DNA of 64,000 bases, from the NCBI GenBank assembly GCA_963771465.1, contig CAVYTU010000008.1, positions 256,001 through 320,000 on the forward strand, in the 5' to 3' direction. This document shows positions 18,707 to 28,358 of the stretch, piece by piece. The notes under the pieces are model-generated. The model saw only the letters and a list, made by a program, of their open reading frames with translations, had not been told where the DNA came from and did no database searches. This stretch comes from an uncultured delta proteobacterium. Its GTDB lineage: Bacteria > Desulfobacterota > Binatia > UBA9968. Made by a program: the position numbers and the translations under genes. Positions within the stretch are counted from its first letter, which is position 1. Every line of letters starts with the position of its first letter.

Positions 18707-19186
18707 CTATTCTCCCATGGGCCTCAAATCGCCCTGCGGGCAGCCGACCAAAACGTCGCCGTGGTCCACGCGCACCGGCAAGCGATACAACGATTCGCCT
18801 TTGCACGGCCCGGCGATACATTCGCCGGTGGCGAACTCGTAAAGCGCACCGTGAGTATAACATTGCAGGTAACGGCCGTCGTCGCTGAGGAACTCATCAC
18901 GGACGAAGTCGAGCGGTGTCGGCATATGGCGGCAGCGGTTCACGTATGCGTGATAGTTGCCTTGATCGTTAACCAGAAACGCGTCGAGCCGGTATTGTTG
19001 ACAGATCAGCCAGAATTTTTTCACCGCGCCCGGTTTGATCTCGCCAACCCGAGCGACGATACGGCCACCCTCGCGGCTCTCGTCCCGCATGCGCTTCTTG
19101 TCGCGCCAGAACAGCCAGCGGTGAATCGCTAGCGCGATCAAATAGAGCGCTAAGAAGATCAGCGAGAGATAGATCGTAACGGCCAT
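18707..19186 (-). CDS. Rieske [2Fe-2S] protein with N-terminal membrane anchor
   Basis: Hydrophobic N-terminus; NRCRH...CYTHGALY..GECIAGPC. Confidence 0.9.
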   Translation of the reverse strand: MAVTIYLSLIFLALYLIALAIHRWLFWRDKKRMRDESREGGRIVARVGEIKPGAVKKFWLICQQYRLDAFLVNDQGNYHAYVNRCRHMPTPLDFVRDEFLSDDGRYLQCYTHGALYEFATGECIAGPCKGESLYRLPVRVDHGDVLVGCPQGDLRPMGE

Positions 19187-19204
19187 GTCTGGACGGCGAG
19201 CGAG

Positions 19205-19528
19205 TCAGTCGGAATCCTTGTCAACGCTAGTCCGGATGCGTTTGACGTCTTGGGCCGTTTGTCTCCCGGAAATGCCCATGACATTCATCAGCTCGGTGGT
19301 CATCTCCGCCGTCACTTGATCCTGGATACTACCTTTGCCGTCGGGATCGGCGTGCAAAAATTTCACGAGTTTCTCTTTGGCGACTCCGGTGTGTTCCAAA
19401 CCGTCGAGAAATTGGCCAAAGCTTACCTTGCCGCGCAACTCGTCGACGCGCGCGAGCAGCTTCTTGCAATCGGCACAGACGCGGCCAAATAATCTGGCGC
19501 GGTCGCCGCAGTAAACGCATTGACGCAT
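19205..19528 (-). CDS. Hypothetical protein with N-terminal CxxC-x9-CxxC
   Basis: CVYC...CADC; operon-like spacing with its neighbours. Confidence 0.7.
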   Translation of the reverse strand: MRQCVYCGDRARLFGRVCADCKKLLARVDELRGKVSFGQFLDGLEHTGVAKEKLVKFLHADPDGKGSIQDQVTAEMTTELMNVMGISGRQTAQDVKRIRTSVDKDSD

Positions 19529-19560
19529 CGAATTTTAATCTGATCGCTACAGAACCAACA

Positions 19561-20364
19561 CTATTTACGCTCGGCCACTGCGGCCGCCCATAAACTCTGC
19601 AAACCGTCGGTCAAGTGGCTATTGGCGGCGACGACACCTTTATGCTTGGCCGGCAGACGATTGAAGCGCATGGGATTGCCATCCCCATCGACGACTTTGC
19701 CGCCGGCCTCCTCGACCATCAAAACGCCAGCGCAAATATCCCACTCGTGAATATTTCGGAACGTCAGCGTACCATCCCCGTCGCCGCCGGCGACTTTGGC
19801 CAGCCGGTAAGCGATACTGCCGACTGGCCGAATCGCACAGCGATCAACGAACACTTGAAATCTTTTCTGCGGCTCGGACCGGCTGACGAGCAGCGCCGCT
19901 CCGTCGATATTGTCGCGCGCTGTGACGCGGATCGGCGAGTCATTCAGAAAAGCTCCCTCGCCCGCCGCCGCTTTGTAGAAACGATCCTTCGCCGGATTGA
20001 AAACGATGGCAACCTTGGGTCGACCGTCGACGACGAAGCCTATTGAAATGGCAAACTGCGGCACGCCTTCGATAAACTCTTTGGTACCGTCGATCGGGTC
20101 GACCACCCACACTCGCGACAACGCCAAACGATCCGAATTATCGCTATCTTCTTCCGACAGCCAGCCGTCGTCGGGAAAGTTTTTTTGCACGCACTCGCGA
20201 ATGATCCGATTGGCTTCGAGATCGGCGCTGGTCACGGGATTGTTTTTGCTTTTCTCATGTACATCGAATTTGCCTCGAAACAATCCCATGACCGCCACGC
20301 CGGCATCGCGCGCCGCCCGTTCCGCCGCGCCAAGTTCCGCGTTGAATTTGAAATTATCAGTCAC
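19561..20364 (-). CDS. cysQ: 3'(2'),5'-bisphosphate nucleotidase CysQ / inositol monophosphatase family
   Basis: PVTSAD, LSEE, WVVDPIDGTKEF, EWDICAG; start approximate. Confidence 0.85.
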   Translation of the reverse strand: MTDNFKFNAELGAAERAARDAGVAVMGLFRGKFDVHEKSKNNPVTSADLEANRIIRECVQKNFPDDGWLSEEDSDNSDRLALSRVWVVDPIDGTKEFIEGVPQFAISIGFVVDGRPKVAIVFNPAKDRFYKAAAGEGAFLNDSPIRVTARDNIDGAALLVSRSEPQKRFQVFVDRCAIRPVGSIAYRLAKVAGGDGDGTLTFRNIHEWDICAGVLMVEEAGGKVVDGDGNPMRFNRLPAKHKGVVAANSHLTDGLQSLWAAAVAERK

Positions 20365-20462
20365 AATTAGACCTTGATCCGAAGCCGATGAAACAATTAA
20401 ACACCAGATCTCCGGCAGCGGCAACCGACGGAATTTGAAGGGTCGAGATGACCGAGCGGAAG

Positions 20463-21053
20463 TTACAAAGTGATGTCGTCAACGCTCTCGATAACACGAG
20501 CACCTGCGTCAAGCATTGTGGCCACCGCGCGCACCGCATCTCCCGGCACCAAGTCGACTCCGCGAACGGCGTCTTCTAGCAAAGTCACAGAGAAACCGCG
20601 CTTCAATCCGTCCAATACCGTCTGTTTGACGCAATAGTCGGTGGCCAATCCACCAACGCAAATACGTGTTACGTTAGACCGGCGCAGCAATTCCGCCAAA
20701 CCAACGCCGGATGAATCGACGCCGTCAAACCCCGAATAACCTTCCTCATCCGGAGCCATGCCGGCCGATACGATCACGGCGGCCGCCGGCAAGGTCAGAT
20801 CAGCGCGAAACTCTGCACCCCTGGAGCCCTGAATGCAGTGAGGGGGCCAAAGCCCACCATACGCCTTGAAGTGGATCGTCTTCTCGGGATGCCAGTCCCG
20901 GGTCGCAAAAATCGGCAAACCAGCGTCGGCAAACCTCTCGATGTAACGATTGAGCGGCGCCACCACTCGATCGCCCTCCGCAACCGCCAACGCACCGCCA
21001 GGGCAAAAATCGTTTTGCACATCGACGATGATGAGCGCGGCTTTTTTCTCCAT
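20463..21053 (-). CDS. pncA: Nicotinamidase/pyrazinamidase
   Basis: VDVQNDFCPGGAL, RDWHP, WPPHC, GLATDYCV. Confidence 0.95.
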   Translation of the reverse strand: MEKKAALIIVDVQNDFCPGGALAVAEGDRVVAPLNRYIERFADAGLPIFATRDWHPEKTIHFKAYGGLWPPHCIQGSRGAEFRADLTLPAAAVIVSAGMAPDEEGYSGFDGVDSSGVGLAELLRRSNVTRICVGGLATDYCVKQTVLDGLKRGFSVTLLEDAVRGVDLVPGDAVRAVATMLDAGARVIESVDDITL

Positions 21054-21132
21054 CGATTTTGATTATAAAGGATGCTACGTTTCATGCAATCGGACATGCT
21101 TGCCGCCGGAGGGTCTTCCGGCAATTTGAAAA

Positions 21133-21855
21133 ATGAAATCTGAGATTCCGCGCCACACCAAGATTAAGGCGGTGTACTTCGACGCCGCCGGCACCTTGAT
21201 CAAACCGGCCAGGCGCGTGGGTGAGAGCTACGCGACGATCGCGGCGAAATACGGTAAATCCGTTGCGCCGGCCGATTTACTTGAACGTTTTCGAATTTGC
21301 TTTGACGCGGCACCGCGCCTCGCCTTTCCAAACGCAGCGCCGCACGAAATTGATCGGCTCGAGCAAGATTGGTGGAAAAATCTGGTCAAACAGGTGTTCG
21401 AGCCCTGGGGTTATTTTGAAAACTTCGATAACTATTTTAACGAGCTGTTTGCCTATTTTGCCGAACCCAGCGCGTGGGGGCTTTATCCGGAAGCCTTAGA
21501 CACGCTTGCCGCGTTGCGCCAACGCCGCGTCACTCTCGCGGTGATTTCAAATTTCGATTCCCGCCTGGTGCGAATTCTCGACGGTCTCGGCGCCGGGTCG
21601 TGGTTCGCCGATATCTTTGTCTCCAGCCGGGTCGGCTACGCCAAGCCGGATCGGCAAATTTTCGACGTAGCACTCGACCGCCACGGGTTGGCGCCGGGAA
21701 ACGCAATTCATGTCGGCGACAGCGAGACCAATGATCTCTTTGGCGCGCAAAACGCCGGCCTCAAAGGTTTGCTCATCGACCGCGGCCGGCAAACCGACGA
21801 AACCGCGCCGGAGCGAATCGCCAGCTTGCAGGAAATCGTCACGCACCTCTACTGA
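21133..21855 (+). CDS. HAD-IA family hydrolase (REG-2-like)
   Basis: FDAAGTL, ISNFDSRL, KPD..IF, HVGDS..ND..GA. Confidence 0.92.
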   Translation: MKSEIPRHTKIKAVYFDAAGTLIKPARRVGESYATIAAKYGKSVAPADLLERFRICFDAAPRLAFPNAAPHEIDRLEQDWWKNLVKQVFEPWGYFENFDNYFNELFAYFAEPSAWGLYPEALDTLAALRQRRVTLAVISNFDSRLVRILDGLGAGSWFADIFVSSRVGYAKPDRQIFDVALDRHGLAPGNAIHVGDSETNDLFGAQNAGLKGLLIDRGRQTDETAPERIASLQEIVTHLY

Positions 21856-21893
21856 GAACGAGCAAATCGGCACATTACTTTCAGGAGCACTCG

Positions 21894-22607
21894 ATGACTA
21901 CATCCAACTGGCAGCAAACGGAATCCGATGGCAGCACGATGCGTTTACACGTGAGCGTACCCAATGGCAACGCTCCATTCCCCGCCTTGGTCGTAATTCA
22001 GCATCAAAGCGGCGTGGACGAGTTCATCCAGGGAATGACCCGGAAATTGGCCGACTCAGGTTTCGTCGCCGCCGCGCCGGATCTCTATCATCGCGATGGA
22101 CCCAATTGCCCAGACGATATGCGCACGCGCAGCACGCGTCTCGGCGATCGCCGTGTGATCGCCGATGTCGGCGCGACGGTCGATTTTCTCAAGCAGTACC
22201 ACGGGGTGGACGCCCAACGGATCGGCATTATCGGTTTTTGCATGGGTGGACGGATCGTTTATCTGATGGCGGCGGCCAATCCCGCGTTCAAAGCCGCCGT
22301 AACGTTTTACCCTGGCAACACTGGACGCGCTTGGGGACGCGACATCCCCTCACCGCTGCAGCGCACGGCGGAAATCCATTGCCCGCTGCAAGGCCATTTT
22401 GGTGACGACGATAAGAATCCCTCGCCGGACGATCGGGTGAAACTCGACGGTGAACTGACCCAGCACGGCAAGCCACATGAGTTTTTTGCTTACGCCAACG
22501 CCGGCCACGCATTTATGGACAACACTAAGGAAAGCTACCGGCAAGCCGCTGCCGAGACCGCGTGGCCGCGCGCGTTGGAGTTTTTGCGCCGCCACCTGTC
22601 CGCTTGA
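21894..22607 (+). CDS. Dienelactone hydrolase family protein
   Basis: GFCMGG nucleophile elbow, APDLY, AGHAF. Confidence 0.92.
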   Translation: MTTSNWQQTESDGSTMRLHVSVPNGNAPFPALVVIQHQSGVDEFIQGMTRKLADSGFVAAAPDLYHRDGPNCPDDMRTRSTRLGDRRVIADVGATVDFLKQYHGVDAQRIGIIGFCMGGRIVYLMAAANPAFKAAVTFYPGNTGRAWGRDIPSPLQRTAEIHCPLQGHFGDDDKNPSPDDRVKLDGELTQHGKPHEFFAYANAGHAFMDNTKESYRQAAAETAWPRALEFLRRHLSA

Positions 22608-22775
22608 TCGGACCATCGTTGCCATCGCGAATGAGCGACTGCATAAAAAGAGAGTTTTCAAACTAAAACCGTGCCATCAGGCAGTAACCGCAGCTTCGGA
22701 CGCCACGATTGCGGGCAACTTGCATGAACCGTCGGCCCGACGTATTAGAATAGGGAAGCTCGATTTAAGCACCGA

Positions 22776-23447
22776 ATGCCAAACCCCATCGGAAAATTGA
22801 AACCGGCCAAGCCGAAAGAAGCTGTCGCGGCCGCCGTTTTGGAAGAGCGCGAACGCATTTCGCGCGAGCTCCACGACCGCGCATTGCAACTGCTCTCGAC
22901 CGCGCGCCTGCGGCTCGACATGTGCCAACGCCAGCTTGCCGACGATGCTACGACATTGAAGAAAGAATTGTCGGTCGTTGAAGAGAATCTCGACCGCGCG
23001 ATCACAGAAATCCGTAACTTACTCACCGAGAATCAGACCGACGGAGAATTGCAAGTAGGCTCGTTAGAACGCCGGCTCAAAGAGGAGTTGGATATTTTTC
23101 GCGCGCGCACTGGTTTCAAACTCGATTTCCAATGCGCCATCGACGCGCACAACCTGCCCGCACCGATCGAGCGCGAGTTGTATTTTACACTGCGCGAAGG
23201 CGTGCTCAATGCCGTGCGTCATTCGCGCGCGACCGAGTTGCATCTTTCGCTCTCTCAGACCGCCAAGAGTTGCGAGGCCAGATTGCGCGACAATGGCGTG
23301 GGTTTTACCGTCGCTGCGGCCGAGGGCAGCAATCACTACGGACTCAAAGGCATGAAGGAAAGAATGCGAAAAGTCGGCGGCGTACTAAACCTGCACACGG
23401 TGCCGGGGCAAGGCACAGAAATCCATATCTCCGTGCCGCTGGAGTAA
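22776..23447 (+). CDS. HisKA_3 (NarX-like) histidine kinase without a sensor domain
   Basis: EERERISRELHD, NAVRHS, DNGVGF, GLKGMKER, PGQGT. Confidence 0.88.
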   Translation: MPNPIGKLKPAKPKEAVAAAVLEERERISRELHDRALQLLSTARLRLDMCQRQLADDATTLKKELSVVEENLDRAITEIRNLLTENQTDGELQVGSLERRLKEELDIFRARTGFKLDFQCAIDAHNLPAPIERELYFTLREGVLNAVRHSRATELHLSLSQTAKSCEARLRDNGVGFTVAAAEGSNHYGLKGMKERMRKVGGVLNLHTVPGQGTEIHISVPLE

Positions 23448-23555
23448 CCCGAATTCCGCTATTGGAGTAACCGCCTGCGCCGAGTGAGGCGCGATCCTGT
23501 AGTGGTGAAGGCGGGATAAAAACCGCAATCGTGAAGTACGTGATCCGCACTTCCA

Positions 23556-24056
23556 TCAATCGGCGGCGAGCTTGCGAAAACTTTCACCGGTCACGCGATA
23601 GACGGTCCACTCATTCATTGGCGTGGCGCCAAGTTGCTTGTAAAAATTAATCGCCGGCTCGTTCCAATCCAACACCGACCACTCCAACCGGCCGCAGCGC
23701 CGCTCCTTGGCCAACCTAGCGACGTAGGCGAGCAGCGCCCGGCCAAAGCCGCGCCGGCGAAATGCTTCGTCGATGAAAAGATCCTCGATATAAATTCCCG
23801 GTTGACCGAGGAACGTCGAATAGCTATGAAAGAAAAGTACAAACCCCACCGGTTCGCGCTTGAAGTACCCGAGCGCCACTTCCGCTGTGCGCCGCCGGCC
23901 GAACAGAGTTTCGCGCAGGACCGCCTCCGTGGCAACGACCTCATGGGACAAGCGTTCATAGTCGGCGAGTTTTTTGATGAAAGAAAGAATCGCCGGCACG
24001 TCTTCTTTGATGGCGGGGCGAATTTGAAAACTTTGAATCTCGGTCGAATTTTTCAT
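23556..24056 (-). CDS. GNAT N-acetyltransferase (spermidine/spermine acetyltransferase-like)
   Basis: YSTFLG.PGIYIEDLF, RLEWSVLDWNEPAINFY. Confidence 0.92.
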   Translation of the reverse strand: MKNSTEIQSFQIRPAIKEDVPAILSFIKKLADYERLSHEVVATEAVLRETLFGRRRTAEVALGYFKREPVGFVLFFHSYSTFLGQPGIYIEDLFIDEAFRRRGFGRALLAYVARLAKERRCGRLEWSVLDWNEPAINFYKQLGATPMNEWTVYRVTGESFRKLAAD

Positions 24057-24132
24057 AGCGCTTTCCCCGTTGAATTGACTCGCGCAGTCGAAAGCCCGAT
24101 CGGCGCCATACTCAGGCAGTCAACTTTCGGGC

Positions 24133-26346
24133 TTACTTACCAGCATCGCGCAGCGCCCGCCAAACCCGCTCAGGCGTTAGCGGTAGATCCCTGATGCGCA
24201 CTCCGGTAGCCCGGTCGATGGCGTTACACACCGCCGGCGCGACCGAGAGAATCCCGCCTTCAGCCATACCGCGCACGCCGAACGGTCCCGGACCGTCGCC
24301 GTTTTCGACCAGCACCGTGTGAAACTCTTCCGGCACTTCGGAAAAAGTCGGAATCCGGTAATCGACTAAATTCGAATTGATCAATTGGCCATTGTCGTAA
24401 ATCAGTTGCTCAAAAAACGTGTGACCGATGCCCTGCATCGCCGCGCCTTCTTCCTGCGCCACGCAATGCTCCGGATGGATCGCTTTACCGACGTCGGCGA
24501 CGGAGATAAATTTTTTGAGCGTCACTGCGCCGGTGTCGCGATCAATGTCGACTTCCGCCGTGGCCATACCGACTTCCCAAAACACCGGCAACTCATTGTT
24601 GGTAATCTCCGGGCCGGCTTCACCGCGGCCGATCATCTCACCGCCGGAACCTTTGCCGAAGCGACGCTCGAAGGCCTCTCTAAACGTCAGCCGCGACTCG
24701 CCGCATACCAGCGCGCCGTCGACAACTTGCACTTGCTTGGGCTTCACGCCCATCGCTTGCGCGCCGATCTGAAGGAACTGCTGCTTCAAATCGCGCGCCG
24801 CTTTTTGCACCGCCGTCCCCATCAGCGTCGTCGAGCGGCTCGAACCGGTGGAGCTATCGTAGGGCGTAACTTTTGTATCCGCCCCGAGCACGCGGAACTG
24901 CTCCATCCGCAGAGTTAATTCTTCAGCGGCAATTTGCGTTAACGTCGTGCGCACCCCCTGGCCCATTTCAGTACTACCGGCGGCGATGTTGGCAACGCCG
25001 TCGGACTGTATGCGAATCAGCGCCACGGAAACCGGCGTGGCGCCGGCGTTGGTCAGCGCACAGCCCATACCGACTGCCGAGTTCTTCTTTCTCAGCGATT
25101 TTTTCCAGTGACTTTCGCGCACCAACATCTTAAGACTTGACGCTAGATCGGCATCGATGCCCTTCAAGCCCGGCCGCAGCTCCTGGCCTTTGGTGAGCAA
25201 ATTTTTCGCGCGCAGTTCGGCCGCGTCCATGCTGAGCTTGGCCGCGAGCATTTCGATCTGCGACTCGCCGGCGTAAATCACCTGCGGCGCGCCGATGGCG
25301 CGATAGGAGCCGGCGGAACCGGTGTTGGTATAAACTTGATAGGCGTTGGTGCGGATATTGGGAATCCAGTAGGGCCCCAACACGCGCGTCGCCGAGCGCG
25401 CCGTCACCTGCGGCCCGTTATCGTCATAGCCGCCGGTGTCGAGATAAATTTCCGCCTCTCGTGCGACCAGGGTACCGTCGTTTTTTGCCCCGGTCTTTAT
25501 CCGCACGCGCGCGCCGTGGCGCCGCACCGTAACCATCGACTCGCCGACCGAGTTGCAGATCCGCACCGGCCGCTTGGCTTTGCGCGCCAGCGCGACCACG
25601 AGCGGCTCGAACTTGGTGTAGGACTTGCTGCCGTATCCGCCGCCCAAGTAATTGATGATTAGGCGTACCTTCGCCGCCGGCACTTTAAAAATCTTGGCGA
25701 TGTCGCCGCGCACTTGAAACGGATGCTGCGCCGATGACCAGACTGTGATTTCACTTTCGTCATAATGCGCGATCGCCGAGTGCGGCTCCATCGCATAGTG
25801 ATACACCATGGGAAAGGTAAAATGATCTTCGGCGATCACATCGGCTTGCGCAAAACCTTCGTCGACGTTGCCGCGAGTGACCTTCTCATGGGTACCGATG
25901 TTGCCGGCCTTGTCGTCATGGACCAGCGGCGCGCCCGGCTTGATCGCCGCCTCGATGCCAACGGCCACCGGCAACTCCTCGTAGTCGACGTGAATCAGCG
26001 AGAGCGCTGCCTCCGCCGTCGCCAAATCCGCCGCCGCCACCGCCGCCACCGGCTCGCCGATGTAGCGCACTTTGTTCATGGCGATCACCGGCCGGCCGTT
26101 GTAGATCGGATGCAAATCGCCGATGTCCGCCGCGGTAAGCACCGCAACGACGCCCGGCAGCGCCTCAGCTTGAGTCGCATCGATGGCGCGAATGTGTGCA
26201 TGCGGATACGTGCTGCGCAAAATCTTGCCGTAAAGCATGCCGGGCACGGCGATGTCGCCGACGAATTTCGCTTGGCCGGTGACTTTCTCCCAGCCATCCA
26301 CGCGGGCGACGTTATGACCGACGTATTTGAATGCTCTTTTTGCCAT
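24133..26346 (-). CDS. Xanthine dehydrogenase family molybdopterin-binding subunit
   Basis: KVTGQAKF, YAMEPH, LGGGYGSK, YRAIGAPQ, EMGQG, GPGPFGVRGMAE. Confidence 0.93.
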   Translation of the reverse strand: MAKRAFKYVGHNVARVDGWEKVTGQAKFVGDIAVPGMLYGKILRSTYPHAHIRAIDATQAEALPGVVAVLTAADIGDLHPIYNGRPVIAMNKVRYIGEPVAAVAAADLATAEAALSLIHVDYEELPVAVGIEAAIKPGAPLVHDDKAGNIGTHEKVTRGNVDEGFAQADVIAEDHFTFPMVYHYAMEPHSAIAHYDESEITVWSSAQHPFQVRGDIAKIFKVPAAKVRLIINYLGGGYGSKSYTKFEPLVVALARKAKRPVRICNSVGESMVTVRRHGARVRIKTGAKNDGTLVAREAEIYLDTGGYDDNGPQVTARSATRVLGPYWIPNIRTNAYQVYTNTGSAGSYRAIGAPQVIYAGESQIEMLAAKLSMDAAELRAKNLLTKGQELRPGLKGIDADLASSLKMLVRESHWKKSLRKKNSAVGMGCALTNAGATPVSVALIRIQSDGVANIAAGSTEMGQGVRTTLTQIAAEELTLRMEQFRVLGADTKVTPYDSSTGSSRSTTLMGTAVQKAARDLKQQFLQIGAQAMGVKPKQVQVVDGALVCGESRLTFREAFERRFGKGSGGEMIGRGEAGPEITNNELPVFWEVGMATAEVDIDRDTGAVTLKKFISVADVGKAIHPEHCVAQEEGAAMQGIGHTFFEQLIYDNGQLINSNLVDYRIPTFSEVPEEFHTVLVENGDGPGPFGVRGMAEGGILSVAPAVCNAIDRATGVRIRDLPLTPERVWRALRDAGK

Positions 26347-26501
26347 CAACACTCCGGATCGATGAATGCCTTAGTTTTTAACAAAGCCCTTTCGCTAGTT
26401 CAACAAACAGCGGAAAAGATAGCCTGTGATTTCGCACGCAGGGTAAAATTTTCTTGCTTCCCGATTGGGATTCCCAAACTTGTTCCGCTATAACGATCCC
26501 C

Positions 26502-27197
26502 ATGCGTTTCAAATCTCCACTCCTCGCCGGCACGCTGATCCAACGCTACAAGCGCTTTCTCGCCGACGTTCGACTCCCGAGCGGCGAAGTCGTCACCGCC
26601 CACTGCACCAACACCGGCAGCATGATGGGGTGCAAAGAACCTGGCAGTGCGGTTTATATTTCACGCAGCGATAATCAGAACCGCAAGCTGCTCTATACTT
26701 GGGAATTGATCAGGGCCGACAACACTTGGGTCGGCATTAACACCCTGCACCCCAACAAACTCGTGCCCGAAGCGGTCCAAGCCGGCAGGATCGACGAACT
26801 GTGCGACTTTGACCATATTCGCCGCGAAGTCAAAGTCAGCGCGCACAGCCGGCTCGATCTCTGTCTCGAAGGTCGTAACGGCAGCTGCTTCGTCGAAATA
26901 AAAAATGTCACCCTCGCGGTCCATGGCGCCGCGGCGTTCCCCGACGCCGTCAGCGAGCGCGGCACAAGGCATCTGAAAGAACTCATCCGCCTCAAACGCC
27001 AAGGCCACCGCGCCGCCATCGTCTTCGTCATCCAGCGCGGCGACTGCGACAGCTTTCGCCCCGCCGATGAAATCGATCAGGAGTACGGCCGCTGGCTGCG
27101 CCGCGCGATCAACGCCGGAGTCGAGGCGCTGCCCTATCGCGCGAAAGTGACACCGAAAGAGATTTTGTTGACTGAGAAGATCCCTGTGAAGCTGTAG
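26502..27197 (+). CDS. sfsA: DNA/RNA nuclease SfsA
   Basis: RYKRFLADV, AHCTNTGSM, EIKNVTL, FPDAVSERG..HL.EL. Confidence 0.95.
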   Translation: MRFKSPLLAGTLIQRYKRFLADVRLPSGEVVTAHCTNTGSMMGCKEPGSAVYISRSDNQNRKLLYTWELIRADNTWVGINTLHPNKLVPEAVQAGRIDELCDFDHIRREVKVSAHSRLDLCLEGRNGSCFVEIKNVTLAVHGAAAFPDAVSERGTRHLKELIRLKRQGHRAAIVFVIQRGDCDSFRPADEIDQEYGRWLRRAINAGVEALPYRAKVTPKEILLTEKIPVKL

Positions 27198-27288
27198 ACT
27201 GAGAAGCTGATTGCCAGCGGCGCACGGCAAATGTTAAAAGCAGACCAGCTGGAACTTTTCCCAACCCAATTTTGCCCAAGGAGGATTT

Positions 27289-28257
27289 ATGATCACCGCC
27301 CAAGAACTCAAAGGCGCGCTCGCGATTATGCCGACGCCGGCTAAGGAAGGCGCCGAACGGCTGGATGCGACCAACACCGTCGATCTCGATGAAACCGCCC
27401 GGTTGGCAGAAAGCCTCGTCCGTGACGGCGCCAACGGTATCATGGCGCTTGGCACCATGGGCGAGTGCGCGACCACGTCGCAAGCGGACTACGAAGCCTA
27501 TGTCGATTGCCTGCTCAAAACCGTGCGCGGCCGAATTCCGACCTTTGTCGGCACGACGTCGCTGAGCGGCCATGAAATCGCCCGACGGATAAAATTCGTC
27601 AAAGAGCGCGGCGCCACCGGAACGCTGCTGGGAATTCCCATGTGGCAACCGGTGACGCTCGACATGGCGATCAAATTCTATGCCGACGTGGCAGAGACAT
27701 TTCCCGACTTTCCGATCATGGTTTACGCCAACCCGCGCGCCTTTCGTTTTGATTTCGGCGCTGACTTCTGGGGACCGGTCGTGCAGCAGGCGCCGACGGT
27801 CATGTCGGCGAAATTTTCCAGCAAAGCGATACTGAAACAAGTCGTCGATGCGGTCAAAGGCCGCGTGAACTTCGTGCCGCCCATCGGGCTCGCCTACGAG
27901 TTCGCGCAAATATCGCCGGCATCTCAAACTACTTGCTGGATTCCTTCCGTCGGCCCGCAGGTCGCAATCGCGCTGATGAAAGCGCTCGCCGACGGCAGTG
28001 CCGAACAAGCCAAAGCGGTCGCCGCCGACATCGCTTGGGCCAACGAACCCCATCATGCCATCACCGGCTCGCAAGAAATTTTCGCGTCTTACAATATTCA
28101 GCTGGAAAAAGTCTTGATGGCCGCATCCGGTTACTGCAAGACCGGCCCGATCCGTCCGCCCTATAATTATATGCCGGACGATTTCCGCAAGGCGGCAACT
28201 GAAGGCGGACAGCGCTACGCCAAGCTACGCGATAAGTATGCCAAGTTGGTCGGCTAG
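27289..28257 (+). CDS. DHDPS-superfamily aldolase, NahE-like (hydroxybenzylidenepyruvate hydratase-aldolase type)
   Basis: AIMPTPAK, TVDLDETARL, GTMGECAT, GIPMW, VYANP.AF.FDF, SAK. Confidence 0.8.
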   Translation: MITAQELKGALAIMPTPAKEGAERLDATNTVDLDETARLAESLVRDGANGIMALGTMGECATTSQADYEAYVDCLLKTVRGRIPTFVGTTSLSGHEIARRIKFVKERGATGTLLGIPMWQPVTLDMAIKFYADVAETFPDFPIMVYANPRAFRFDFGADFWGPVVQQAPTVMSAKFSSKAILKQVVDAVKGRVNFVPPIGLAYEFAQISPASQTTCWIPSVGPQVAIALMKALADGSAEQAKAVAADIAWANEPHHAITGSQEIFASYNIQLEKVLMAASGYCKTGPIRPPYNYMPDDFRKAATEGGQRYAKLRDKYAKLVG

Positions 28258-28358
28258 TTTGCGCTCTTGCATACGCCAACCGATTCACTGGCCGTTCGTT
28301 CAATTTTTGGGCGAGCGGCCAAATTTTTTATCAAAGCGTGTCAATCAGGAGAACAGAA

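Noticed and set aside
24133-26346. Orphan molybdoenzyme large subunit as a novel system
   Set aside because: Dispersed xanthine-dehydrogenase-family subunits are common; partners may be elsewhere in the genome.
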